A program made the position numbers and the translations under genes. DNA of 64,000 nt from a virus. Where the stretch lies: IMG/VR virus record IMGVR_UViG_3300047323_000545; one strand, 5' to 3'. Numbering within the stretch: the stretch's first letter is position 1; each line of letters begins with the position of its first letter. Shown here in pieces: positions 9,237 through 17,814 of this stretch. Under the pieces are notes generated by a model, which was not told the origin of the DNA, ran no database searches, and worked only from the letters and a program-made list of their open reading frames with translations.

Positions 9237-9340
9237 CCGCGTTTTCATCGTTCTCTTACCTGTGCTGCCTCCTGCAGAGGCCCCCAGGGGATGAAGGGCC
9301 TGCTCCCAGGGCCCTGTTCCCTCTCTGCAGGAGGCTTCTC

Positions 9341-10051
9341 GTGTTCGTGGTCGTCCAGAACCACTCCACCCGCGTGACCGACGCCGACGCCGCCCTGATG
9401 GTGCGCGCAGTGGCCCATCAGGTCCGCTACGACGTTGCCCCGGCGTGGGGCTCCAAGACGGCCAGCGTCGTGTTCCTGCCCAAGGGGGCGGCCGTCCCGG
9501 CCGGGTCGTACGCGATCGGCCTCTACGACACCGCCGACCAGGCCGACGCGCTCGGCTACCACTCCGAGGAGGCCGACGGCACGGTCTACGGCAAGGTGTT
9601 CGCCTCGCCGGTCCTCGACAACGGCGGCACGGTCCTGGAGGGCGAGCTGTCCGTGGCGGCCGTCCTGAGCCACGAGGTCCTGGAGACGTTCGTCGACCCT
9701 CACGTCCAGCTGTGGGCCTCCGACGGCGGCGACGGCTTGTACGCCTACGAGGCGTGCGACGCGGTCGAGGACGGCGCGTATATGGTGCACGTCGGCGGCA
9801 AGCAGGTCTCGGTCTCCAACTTCGTGTTGCCCGCGTACTTCGACGCCCAGGCCCCGGCCGGTACCCGGGTCGACTACCTGGCCCAGCTGAAGCGGCCGTT
9901 CGAGATCAGCAAGGGCGGCTACGCGGTGAAGATCACCCTGGGCCGCGACACCAAGGTCGACCAGGTCTTCGGCGAGCGCTTCCCCGAGTGGAAGAAGGCC
10001 TCGAAGCAGCACCCGCTGGCGCGGCTGGCGCGCCGGGCGCACAGCTCCTGA
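9341..10051 (+). CDS. Putative metal-dependent hydrolase/peptidase
   Basis: LGYH...SHEVLE...DP...EACDAVE...VSNFVLP conserved-looking motifs. Confidence 0.6.
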   Translation: MFVVVQNHSTRVTDADAALMVRAVAHQVRYDVAPAWGSKTASVVFLPKGAAVPAGSYAIGLYDTADQADALGYHSEEADGTVYGKVFASPVLDNGGTVLEGELSVAAVLSHEVLETFVDPHVQLWASDGGDGLYAYEACDAVEDGAYMVHVGGKQVSVSNFVLPAYFDAQAPAGTRVDYLAQLKRPFEISKGGYAVKITLGRDTKVDQVFGERFPEWKKASKQHPLARLARRAHSS

Positions 10052-10061
10052 CGGCAGGCAG

Positions 10062-10105
10062 CAAGCAGGGCCCCTCTCCCGGATGGTGGCGAGGGGCCCT
10101 GCTTG
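10062..10105. terminator. Hairpin terminator
   Basis: 15-bp inverted repeat CAAGCAGGGCCCCTC/GAGGGGCCCTGCTTG. Confidence 0.7.
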
Positions 10106-10263
10106 TTTCATGAGCGACGACAGCCACTACAGCGGACATGGCGGCGGAGTCCGCAGGCACCGCATCTGCTGTTCGGGGGCGTGGCTCTCCGGCCGTGAGG
10201 CCGAAGTGGGATCAGTATGCACCCGGTCGGGTGACATTTTCTCAGCTCTCGCGAGAATTCTCC

Positions 10264-10283
10264 GAGTTGGCATATGCCAACTC
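10264..10283. repeat. Perfect 20-bp palindrome GAGTTGGCATATGCCAACTC
   Basis: Direct read. Confidence 0.85.
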
Positions 10284-10481
10284 TTAGCGCTCCGGCGGGA
10301 GTTGCTCCAGCAGCCGTATGGCCACGTCGACCGCGTCGCCGCCGTCGGCGGCCACCAGGGCCTTGGGCCGGTTCACCGCGAGGTAGTTGTGCAGGCGCTG
10401 CAGGGCCGCCACGGCGCCGTCGTGGAGGGCGGTGGCGGGATCGGCCGCCGGGGGCGGCGGGAAGGCCCCAGAGCCGCTCAC
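10284..10481 (-). CDS. Small hypothetical protein
   Basis: GTGA overlap with the upstream gene. Confidence 0.55.
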   Translation of the reverse strand: MSGSGAFPPPPAADPATALHDGAVAALQRLHNYLAVNRPKALVAADGGDAVDVAIRLLEQLPPER

Positions 10482-10726
10482 GGCACCCTCGCGAACGGGT
10501 CGGCCGCGTCGGTCGGCTCCAGCTTGTCGAGGTTCCTGTTCTCCCATGCCAGCCGCAGCTCGATCGACTTCGCCACAGACTGCGAGGCGTGCGGGCCCAG
10601 GTGGCCCTCGACAACCTCGCAGGAGTGGATCGCGAACTCTCCGGCGACCGGCTCACGGCAGGTCCGCTCGGGAAAAACGGGGAGACGTACCTCGGTACGG
10701 ACGGGCTGCTTCTTACGGGGCGGCAT
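10478..10726 (-). CDS. Small hypothetical protein (C...C...HxxxH)
   Basis: GAGGAG RBS. Confidence 0.6.
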   Translation of the reverse strand: MPPRKKQPVRTEVRLPVFPERTCREPVAGEFAIHSCEVVEGHLGPHASQSVAKSIELRLAWENRNLDKLEPTDAADPFARVP

Positions 10727-10949
10727 GGTGGGCTCCTCTCTCCACCCCCTGGAGCCCCGGCAGCCCCTGCAGACAGCGAGTCGTCAACCGGGCATATGCC
10801 GGATCGGAAGAGAGACTTCTCTCTCGCGAGAATATGTCATAGCTTCCTTCTTGTCGGCACGCTCCGTGATCAACCGGCTACGCATGATCACGCTGCGTTG
10901 CCCTGCTCCGGCCCGTCCGGACCGGAGACCTTCGCACAGGAGGACAGCA

Positions 10950-11216
10950 ATGGACGCATCCGGTAAGGCCACCACCGACCTCTACGACCGCAAGATCGAG
11001 GGCCCCTTCTCGGCCCTCTGCGGCGGCGGCCAGGACAACGACGGCAACATGGAGGACTGCATCGAGATCGCCCCCCTCGTCGGCGGCGGCTACGCCGTCG
11101 GTGACACCAAGCTCCAGGGCGACTCGCCGCAGCTGCGCTTCTCCGAGGCCGAGCTGACCAAGTTCGCCCGTGGCTGGCTCGCCAAGAACGACGACGCCCC
11201 GAACGCCACCGCCTGA
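10950..11216 (+). CDS. Orphan DUF397-like protein
   Basis: CGGG...DCIEIA...YAVGDTK...LRFSEAELTKF; AGGAGG RBS. Confidence 0.75.
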   Translation: MDASGKATTDLYDRKIEGPFSALCGGGQDNDGNMEDCIEIAPLVGGGYAVGDTKLQGDSPQLRFSEAELTKFARGWLAKNDDAPNATA

Positions 11217-11234
11217 CGCTCCACCCGGCATGAC

Positions 11235-11270
11235 GGGGCACCCGCGCCCGACGGCGGGCGCGGGTGCCCC
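11235..11270. terminator. 16-bp perfect hairpin between the DUF397 and JmjC genes
   Basis: GGGGCACCCGCGCCCG-ACGG-CGGGCGCGGGTGCCCC. Confidence 0.6.
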
Positions 11271-11311
11271 TCCCGCACCTCTACCGCAGCCACTCCGACA
11301 GGAGACGCCCA

Positions 11312-12208
11312 ATGCCTCTCTCCGACCTGGTGGAAGATGTACCCGACCTCCTGGCCGCCTGGCCCGCCAAGCCTCGCGTCCACCACCACGACCCCAGCGC
11401 CTTCCGCGACCTGCTCACCCTCAACGAGGCCAACGACCTGATCGACAGCGAGTGCATCCCCGCGCACAACGTCGTCCTCGTCGCGCCCGACGGCACCCTC
11501 GTCGACCGCCGCTCCTTCGTCGCGGGCGACATGCCCCACCCCGGCACCCTGCGAGCCCACCTCGACAACGGCGGCACCGTCTCCCTGCGCAAGCTGGAGA
11601 ACATGCGCCCGCCCCTGTCCCGCCTGCGGGCCGACATCCAGGCCGAAACGGGCTGCCGCACCCACATCAACGCCTACATGACCCCACCCGGCTGCCAGGG
11701 CTTCCGCTACCACTACGACCCCTACGTCACCCTCATCGTCCAGCTTGCCGGACGCAAGACATGGCCGGTACACGAGCCGTTCGTCGAGAACCCCGTACGC
11801 GAATGGGGCAACTTCATCACCCGAGGCTTCACCAACGAAGAGCACCACTTCCTCGCCAACACGCCTCCGGCCGCCAGCTATACCCTCGCCCCCGGCGACG
11901 TGCTCTGGCTGCCTCGGGCCTACGTGCACTCCCCCTACACCGAGGGCGACGAGACGTCCCTGCACCTGACCTTCGCCCTGGCCGCGCGCACCTTCCACTG
12001 GCTGGCGCAGCAGATGGTCGACGAGGCTCTCGCCCACGCCCTGGCGGACCCTGCCCTGCGCGAGGAAATCACCCCCTCCAGCCTGCTGGCCGACCCGGCC
12101 CCGGCGATGGACCGCATGCGCGAGTACCTCGTCGGCGCGCTGCATCTGGTGACGACGGACGACGAAATGTTGCCCATTGTCCGCAACGCAGTCCTGGCGA
12201 CGGACTAG
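11312..12208 (+). CDS. JmjC/Cupin_4 (ribosomal-oxygenase-like) Fe(II)/2OG oxygenase
   Basis: NAYMTPPG.QGF..HYD...QLAGRKTW...LAPGDVLWLPR..VH, giving an HxD...H triad. Confidence 0.88.
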   Translation: MPLSDLVEDVPDLLAAWPAKPRVHHHDPSAFRDLLTLNEANDLIDSECIPAHNVVLVAPDGTLVDRRSFVAGDMPHPGTLRAHLDNGGTVSLRKLENMRPPLSRLRADIQAETGCRTHINAYMTPPGCQGFRYHYDPYVTLIVQLAGRKTWPVHEPFVENPVREWGNFITRGFTNEEHHFLANTPPAASYTLAPGDVLWLPRAYVHSPYTEGDETSLHLTFALAARTFHWLAQQMVDEALAHALADPALREEITPSSLLADPAPAMDRMREYLVGALHLVTTDDEMLPIVRNAVLATD

Positions 12209-12217
12209 CCTGCTGCC

Positions 12218-12613
12218 GTGAAGCACTGGCATGCCTACTCGTACACCGGCCGTACCTACACGGACGCGATGATCCGGCAGAAGAAGGTCCCAGACAGCTA
12301 CCCGCCGATCGAGATCAAGCACTGGCTGTCGAAACCTCGCAAGCACGTGGTGGAGACCTTCACCGAGATCGCTCCGATGCTCGCGTGGCTGGAGAGCGAG
12401 ATGACCCCGATGCCGCCCCGGGACGAAGAGTTCTTCCCTCTGAAGGAGCGTCTGGAGTACTCGCGCCAGTGGCTGTCGCTGGGGGATGACGTGGTGTACG
12501 GCTACTACTCGGTGGGGGCGGGGCCGTGGGTGTCCCGTGCGCTGATCTTCTGCCCCCGGCGCAAGATGACTCCCCATGAGGAGCCGCCTCCCCCCTGTCC
12601 CCTGGGCACGTAG
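12218..12613 (+). CDS. Hypothetical protein
   Basis: 131 aa, starts 9 nt after the JmjC stop. Confidence 0.65.
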   Translation: MKHWHAYSYTGRTYTDAMIRQKKVPDSYPPIEIKHWLSKPRKHVVETFTEIAPMLAWLESEMTPMPPRDEEFFPLKERLEYSRQWLSLGDDVVYGYYSVGAGPWVSRALIFCPRRKMTPHEEPPPPCPLGT

Positions 12614-12763
12614 CCCCCTCAGGCGACCCCGCCCGTGCGTCTCATCCCCGTGGCGCATGGGCGGGGTCTTTCGTGTGTGCATAGAGAGGCGGGACCCGGG
12701 TACGCGCTCCCCAGGTCCCGCCGACTTCTCCCCTCCCCCCCCCGGAGTTGCCCGGCGGGACCG

Positions 12764-13192
12764 TCAAGCCTGTCCCGGCGGCTCGGGCATCGTGAAGGCG
12801 CCCATGCCCTTGATGGCGTCCTCGTGCCAGGTCCGGCGCTGGGGGCCGTTGGCCTGGATGAGCGCGACGACCTCGGCGAACCACTGAGCCGGGGTGAGGA
12901 TGGCCTTGCCTTCGCCGCACAGCCAGCAGACGGGTGTGCCGGGGGCGCCCATGTGGCGGGCGATGCTGCCCCACCAGCCGAGGGCGACGGCGCGGGCGCA
13001 CTCGCTGCAGGCGACCAGCTCTTGGCCGTCAGGGGGGTCTGTGACGAGGGCGCCGTCCTTGGCCACGAGGGCGCCGGTGCCGAGGTCGATCACGGGGCCG
13101 TCGCCGCGCGCGCTCATCCGGCGCAGGGCGTCCTGCAGCTCGGGCGGGAGGTCGTCGAGGTCGAGGGGCTCGTCTGGCTCGGTGCTTCGCAT
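12764..13192 (-). CDS. Hypothetical Zn-ribbon protein
   Basis: CSEC...CWLC; probably leaderless (TACGCT 7 nt before the ATG). Confidence 0.6.
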   Translation of the reverse strand: MRSTEPDEPLDLDDLPPELQDALRRMSARGDGPVIDLGTGALVAKDGALVTDPPDGQELVACSECARAVALGWWGSIARHMGAPGTPVCWLCGEGKAILTPAQWFAEVVALIQANGPQRRTWHEDAIKGMGAFTMPEPPGQA

Positions 13193-13337
13193 GTGGGGGA
13201 GCGTAGCGAAACGGGGCGCGGCGCTGCTGGCCTTCGCTGTGGCGGCCGTGGCAGGATCGGGGTATCCGCCAGCGGCCCGCCAGCCGCCGAACCCTCCTGC
13301 AGCACCCCAGGCCATCCGGCGTTCCCACCCTCTTGAG

Positions 13338-13464
13338 CAACCTTACAAAACCTCGCGCAGGCCCACCCACCGGCCGGTGGCTGAGGTAGAAACGCGAAGT
13401 GCGGGACGGCGCCGCGCGCGCTTTCCCCTAGTGGGTGGTGGCCTTGCGAGGTTTTGTAAGGTTG
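13338..13464. repeat. 19-bp perfect inverted repeat (extends imperfectly inward)
   Basis: CAACCTTACAAAACCTCGC at 13338-13356 and GCGAGGTTTTGTAAGGTTG at 13446-13464. Confidence 0.85.
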
Positions 13465-13497
13465 ACCTCTCGGGCAGGGACGGCAGGATGAGGAGGT

Positions 13498-14361
13498 GTG
13501 GATCCCTTGACGCTGCTCGACGACTGGCTGGCCAACGCGCCCCTGCGCCCCTCGACACAGATCGAGTACCGGCGCGAGGTCAAGCGCTGGCTCACGTGGT
13601 GCGCCTCCCGGCGCCCGCAGGCCGTCGACCCCTACCACGTCGGCCCCGAGCACGTCGCCCGCTGGGCCTACGAGGACCACCTGCGGTACTACTTCGGCGA
13701 CGTCCCCTTCACCGGCCCCGAAGCCCTCGACGTCCTCGTCGCCGAATACCCCGAGGTCGCCAAAAGCCACGACCGGCGCATCACCGCCCTCGTCCAGTAC
13801 TACGAAGCAGCCCAGGACCGGGGCCTGGTCCTCACTCCCCCGCACCTGTACGACCTGCGCTCCGGCATCGACCGCGACACCGGCACACCCCAACGCCTCG
13901 ACGCCCGCGAACGCGCCGCCTTCCTCAAGGCCGTCGGCGCCTGGGGCCCCCACCGCAGCCAGCACCACCAGCGCGACCAGCTCCTCGCCTACCTCCTGCT
14001 CGCCGGGCTCCGCCCCGCACAGGCCGTACGCCTCGACATGCGCCTCATGAACGAACAGCCCGACGGCAGCTGGCACTGCCGCGTCCCCGACGACCACGAC
14101 GGCCCCGGCCGCCCGATGGACCTCGACCCCCTCGTCGGCGACGCCATCCGCGACTACCTCCCCCACCGACCCACCCCCAAGCCCGGCGAATGGGCCCTGC
14201 TCCTCTCCCGCACCGGCCGCCCCCTCTACAGCCGCTTCCCCAACGAACTCGTCCGCGCCATCGCCGACACCAACTCACGCCTCGCCCAACGCCCCCGCCC
14301 CGTCACCGCCGACGCCGTCGCCCACACCGGCCTGTTCGACGAACCCCAGGAGAACCCGTGA
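13498..14361 (+). CDS. Tyrosine-recombinase-like protein lacking the C-terminal catalytic residues
   Basis: Core-binding domain (STQIEYRREV) and RDQLL...GLR present; HxxR replaced by ADAVAH and the ORF ends with no Tyr segment. Confidence 0.75.
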   Translation: MDPLTLLDDWLANAPLRPSTQIEYRREVKRWLTWCASRRPQAVDPYHVGPEHVARWAYEDHLRYYFGDVPFTGPEALDVLVAEYPEVAKSHDRRITALVQYYEAAQDRGLVLTPPHLYDLRSGIDRDTGTPQRLDARERAAFLKAVGAWGPHRSQHHQRDQLLAYLLLAGLRPAQAVRLDMRLMNEQPDGSWHCRVPDDHDGPGRPMDLDPLVGDAIRDYLPHRPTPKPGEWALLLSRTGRPLYSRFPNELVRAIADTNSRLAQRPRPVTADAVAHTGLFDEPQENP

Positions 14362-14687
14362 CCACCACGCCCGAAGACCTCGCCGCAGAGAACGCCCGCC
14401 TGCGCAGCGAGCTGGAGGCCGCCCAGGCCCTCGCCGCCGACGCCACCGAGTACCGCGTCCCCGTCCCCGAGAACGGCGGTGAGGAGCTGCTCGTGCGGCG
14501 CCAGGCGCTCGTGCACGGCCCCGGCTGGGCCGTGAGCACCATGGCCCGGGGCGGCGGCCGGGCCTGGACCACCGAAGGCTGGCAGGAAGGCATCAGCGCC
14601 CTGTCCGTCGACCGGCTGTTCTGCTGGCCCGATCCCGCCACCGCCATCAGCGAAGCACGCCGCGCGCTGGCCGAGGTGCTTCAATAG
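14358..14687 (+). CDS. Hypothetical protein
   Basis: GTGA overlap, AGGAG RBS. Confidence 0.7.
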   Translation: MTTTPEDLAAENARLRSELEAAQALAADATEYRVPVPENGGEELLVRRQALVHGPGWAVSTMARGGGRAWTTEGWQEGISALSVDRLFCWPDPATAISEARRALAEVLQ

Positions 14688-14735
14688 CCTCCACACCGGG
14701 CCGGGGAGGTCCCGGGCAGGAGGGGTGGGGAACTC

Positions 14736-15092
14736 ATGCGCAGAGTGGGCCTGTTGCTGGCGGCCGTCGCCACGGTGTGCGCCGCCACGGCGTGCAGCAG
14801 CGGTTCGGGTGACGGCAGCAGCAAGGACGCGTCGGTCTCGTACGGGGCGCAGTCCTGCTCGGACTGGACGGGACGCCTGGGGGACAGTGAGCGCTGGGAT
14901 GCGGCCGAGGAGCTGCTGACCAGTGCCAAGGGGACCGACGGCACCGAGGGTGACCGGGCTCCGGCGACGAGCAGTATCGAGGCGTTCGAGAAGGGGCTGA
15001 CCGACTCGTGCGACCGGGGCTCCAGTGATGACCTGCTCGCCACGGTGGCCGACGACCTGTACTCCTCGGACCGGGCGTTCTACAGCTACTGA
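14736..15092 (+). CDS. Lipoprotein
   Basis: Signal peptide with ATAC lipobox. Confidence 0.75.
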   Translation: MRRVGLLLAAVATVCAATACSSGSGDGSSKDASVSYGAQSCSDWTGRLGDSERWDAAEELLTSAKGTDGTEGDRAPATSSIEAFEKGLTDSCDRGSSDDLLATVADDLYSSDRAFYSY

Positions 15093-15182
15093 GACGTGAG
15101 CAGGGCCCGGGTGAGCCGTCACGCTCATCCGGGCCCTGCTGGTTTCACTCTATCGGCCTAGCTCAGAAAATGTCTGGGGTGG

Positions 15183-16220
15183 TCAGGGGGTGGTCGTCTT
15201 GGCGGCCTTGCGCAGGCGGGAGGCGTAGGTCTCATCGACGTTGAGGAGTTCGCCGAGGAGCTTGTTGGTGATCTTGATGTCGTACGGGCTGGAGAGGGTC
15301 TCGACGTCGGCGACGTACTGGGCGGCCACGTCGAAGGGGCGGCCGTCGGCCGGGGCGGTGGGCAGGAGGCGCAGGAAGGCGTTCAGCTCGTCGTCCGGGA
15401 CGATCTCGCGGCGGGAGTCCCGGTAGACGGTGGTGGTGATCTTCGGGAGGGGCTTGGCGGCGGGCAGGAGGCTGTCGGTGGTGAAGAGGGCGGTCGCGCC
15501 GCAGATCTCGTGCCGCTTGTGCGCCGGGGTGGGTGCGGCCGGGGCGTCGGTGGTGAGGTAGCCCTCCCAGGCGCGCGGGACGTTCCGGCCCTTGTCCTTG
15601 CGGCGGTTGGCCTCGGTGCGGATGACGTAGTCCTGGGGCTTCTCCCAGAGCTTCACCAGGCGCCAGACGGTGAAGGTGCTGAAGGGGGCCAGCAGCCACC
15701 AGGCCAGGCGGATGACCGGGAGCGGGGCGGGGCGCAGTCCGGCGGCGATCTGAGCGGCGCGGCGGGCGGCCTTGGCGTCGCGCAGGCGGCCTCGCAGCAT
15801 CATCTCGTGGCCGAGGATCCAGACGGCCGGTGCCATGCCGTGGAAGCCGACGGCGGTGGGGTGGGGCCAGGCGGCGCGCAGCTGCAGGCCGAAGGTGGCC
15901 ATGGAGAAGGCGGCGACGATGAGGCGGATGCCCCAGGCGGAGCGGCCTGCCTTGATCTCGGCGACGGCCTTGCGGGAGTAGGCGAGGATCGCGACGTCGG
16001 CGAGGGCGGCGGCGACGGCGGCCTGGTGGTTGGTGTAGCCGACGGCGACGGCGAGGTCGTAGAGGGTCTGGTAGCCGAGGTAGAAGCCGCCGAGGGCCAG
16101 GAGGTAGATGAGGCCGTCAGTGGTGAGCTTGTCCCAGTCGGCCTGGGCGGCGCGGGTTCTCCAGGTGGTCCCGCTGCGGGACATCGCGGCTTTGGTCACG
16201 GTAGGCTGGGTGGCAGACAT
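15183..16220 (-). CDS. DUF2637-like membrane protein (mobile-element spread/transfer associated)
   Basis: Four TM segments, YQTLYDLA, and WWLLAPFSTFTVWRLVKLWE motif. Confidence 0.7.
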   Translation of the reverse strand: MSATQPTVTKAAMSRSGTTWRTRAAQADWDKLTTDGLIYLLALGGFYLGYQTLYDLAVAVGYTNHQAAVAAALADVAILAYSRKAVAEIKAGRSAWGIRLIVAAFSMATFGLQLRAAWPHPTAVGFHGMAPAVWILGHEMMLRGRLRDAKAARRAAQIAAGLRPAPLPVIRLAWWLLAPFSTFTVWRLVKLWEKPQDYVIRTEANRRKDKGRNVPRAWEGYLTTDAPAAPTPAHKRHEICGATALFTTDSLLPAAKPLPKITTTVYRDSRREIVPDDELNAFLRLLPTAPADGRPFDVAAQYVADVETLSSPYDIKITNKLLGELLNVDETYASRLRKAAKTTTP

Positions 16221-16334
16221 GTTCCCTCGTGCTCCTGTGTTCCTTTAGGCGGGAAATCCGGGGCGATGGCCGTGTCGCTTGCAGCGCCTCCGATGGGGTC
16301 CGTAACGGGGACTTTGTCGGGGGCGCTGTTTCGT

Positions 16335-16859
16335 TCAGCTGGCCTTGGCCTGGATGGTGTGGCCTTCGATGGCGGGCTTGGTGCGCTTGTGGATGGCCTG
16401 GTACAGCTCCTCGCGCTGTTCGGCGGGGGCCTGGATCATCGCGTAGAGCGGCTCGACGAGGTCACGCATGCCCTGCAGGACTTCCGGGCTCATGTACGCG
16501 GGGACGTCTTCGGGTTCCAGGTCCCTGGTGCGGGAGCGCCAGTTCAGCTTGGCGAGGTCGATGTCGCGCCTGCTCTTGAGGATGCGGTTGAACTGGGCGC
16601 GCCACTTGTCGAATCCCCGGCCCTGGGCGCGCATGGTGTGGGTGGCGGTCTGGCCCTCGGCGAGGGTGAGTTCCGATCCGTCGAGGACAAGGTCTTCCAG
16701 GAAGCGGTCGACCTGCAGGAGCCGGGCGCGGAGCTTGCCCACCTCGTGGAGGGCGATCATGGCCGGAGTCATGGGGACCTCGGTCATGTCGACGTTGAAC
16801 GGGTCCGGGTCGCTCGTCCTGCGCCCGCCCTGCGGGGGCGTCTTGCTGGCGGCGGACAT
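16335..16859 (-). CDS. Hypothetical protein
   Basis: GAGGAGG RBS before ATG 16859. Confidence 0.7.
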   Translation of the reverse strand: MSAASKTPPQGGRRTSDPDPFNVDMTEVPMTPAMIALHEVGKLRARLLQVDRFLEDLVLDGSELTLAEGQTATHTMRAQGRGFDKWRAQFNRILKSRRDIDLAKLNWRSRTRDLEPEDVPAYMSPEVLQGMRDLVEPLYAMIQAPAEQREELYQAIHKRTKPAIEGHTIQAKAS

Positions 16860-16889
16860 GGCGCCTCCTCTGTTTGTGGCGGTCAAACG

Positions 16890-16942
16890 GAACACCCCCA
16901 CTCTATAGCAACTATTGGCGCGCTGCAAGAGTGGGGGTGTTC
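16890..16942 (-). promoter_or_regulatory. Promoter TTGCAG-N17-TAGAGT enclosed in a 15-bp inverted repeat
   Basis: GAACACCCCCACTCT/AGAGTGGGGGTGTTC; spacer GCAACTATTGGC resembles the 2257/2984 dyads. Confidence 0.6.
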
Positions 16943-16957
16943 GGCCCAGGTCAGAGG

Positions 16958-17776
16958 CTACTTCTGCTTGGTCTCCTCGACGAGGTTGAGGATGCTGGCC
17001 ACGACCTGGACCGGGGCCTTGTTGCCGTCGTGGACCAGCTCGTCGACCTGGTTACGGAAGTCGCGCAGCGTCGTAACATCCTTCTCCAGGTCGGCCGCGT
17101 CACCGCTCGTGGCCTTGAAGGCGTTGAGCAGCTCGCTCAGCGGCGCGGCCACCGAGACGGGCAGGCCGGAGAGGTCGACCAGCGGCTCCTGCTTCTTCAC
17201 CGGCTCGGCCGCGCGGGGGGCGGGCACCGGGGCGGTGTCGGCAGCGGCCTTCTTCGCCGGGGCCGGGGTGGTCTTCTTCGCCGGGGCCTTCTTGGCGGCC
17301 TTCTTCGCGGCCGTCGCCGTCCGCTTGCGGATGGCCTCGGGGCTGGTGCCCGCGATGCCGTGCTTCCTGCTGCGGTGGACGGCCAGCGCCGGGGGGTGCG
17401 TGGTGTTGAAGGGGTCCTTGACGTCCGGGTCCGCCTCGCACTCCGGGCAGACGCGCACCGGCTTGCCGTCCTGCTGGGCGGGAGCCTGCTTCTCCGGCTC
17501 CGGCTTCGGATCCGCCTTGCCCTGTGCGCGCTCGTGCGCGGCCAGCGCCGAGAGGAAGCCCCTGTCGGAGAGCACCTTCTGCAGCTGCGGCGGCGCCCAG
17601 CGGTTGGTCAGGGGCAGGACGATCTGCTGGCCCTTCTTCACGTTCGCGCCGGGCGGCGTCAGCTTGACGCTGGTGTCGCTGCAGACCACGTCCCAGCCCA
17701 TGTCGTCGGCGTCATCCATGACGCTCTGGTAGTGGCTGGGCAGAGCCTTGGTGGCGGTGGTGGTGGCGGTGCTCAT
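16958..17776 (-). CDS. C2H2 Zn-finger protein with histone-like AKK repeats
   Basis: CPEC...HRSRKH followed by AAKKAAKKAPAKKTTPAPAKKAA. Confidence 0.7.
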   Translation of the reverse strand: MSTATTTATKALPSHYQSVMDDADDMGWDVVCSDTSVKLTPPGANVKKGQQIVLPLTNRWAPPQLQKVLSDRGFLSALAAHERAQGKADPKPEPEKQAPAQQDGKPVRVCPECEADPDVKDPFNTTHPPALAVHRSRKHGIAGTSPEAIRKRTATAAKKAAKKAPAKKTTPAPAKKAAADTAPVPAPRAAEPVKKQEPLVDLSGLPVSVAAPLSELLNAFKATSGDAADLEKDVTTLRDFRNQVDELVHDGNKAPVQVVASILNLVEETKQK

Positions 17777-17814
17777 TCGAGCTGTTCTCCTGACTGCTCC
17801 GGTCTGGCGGGACT

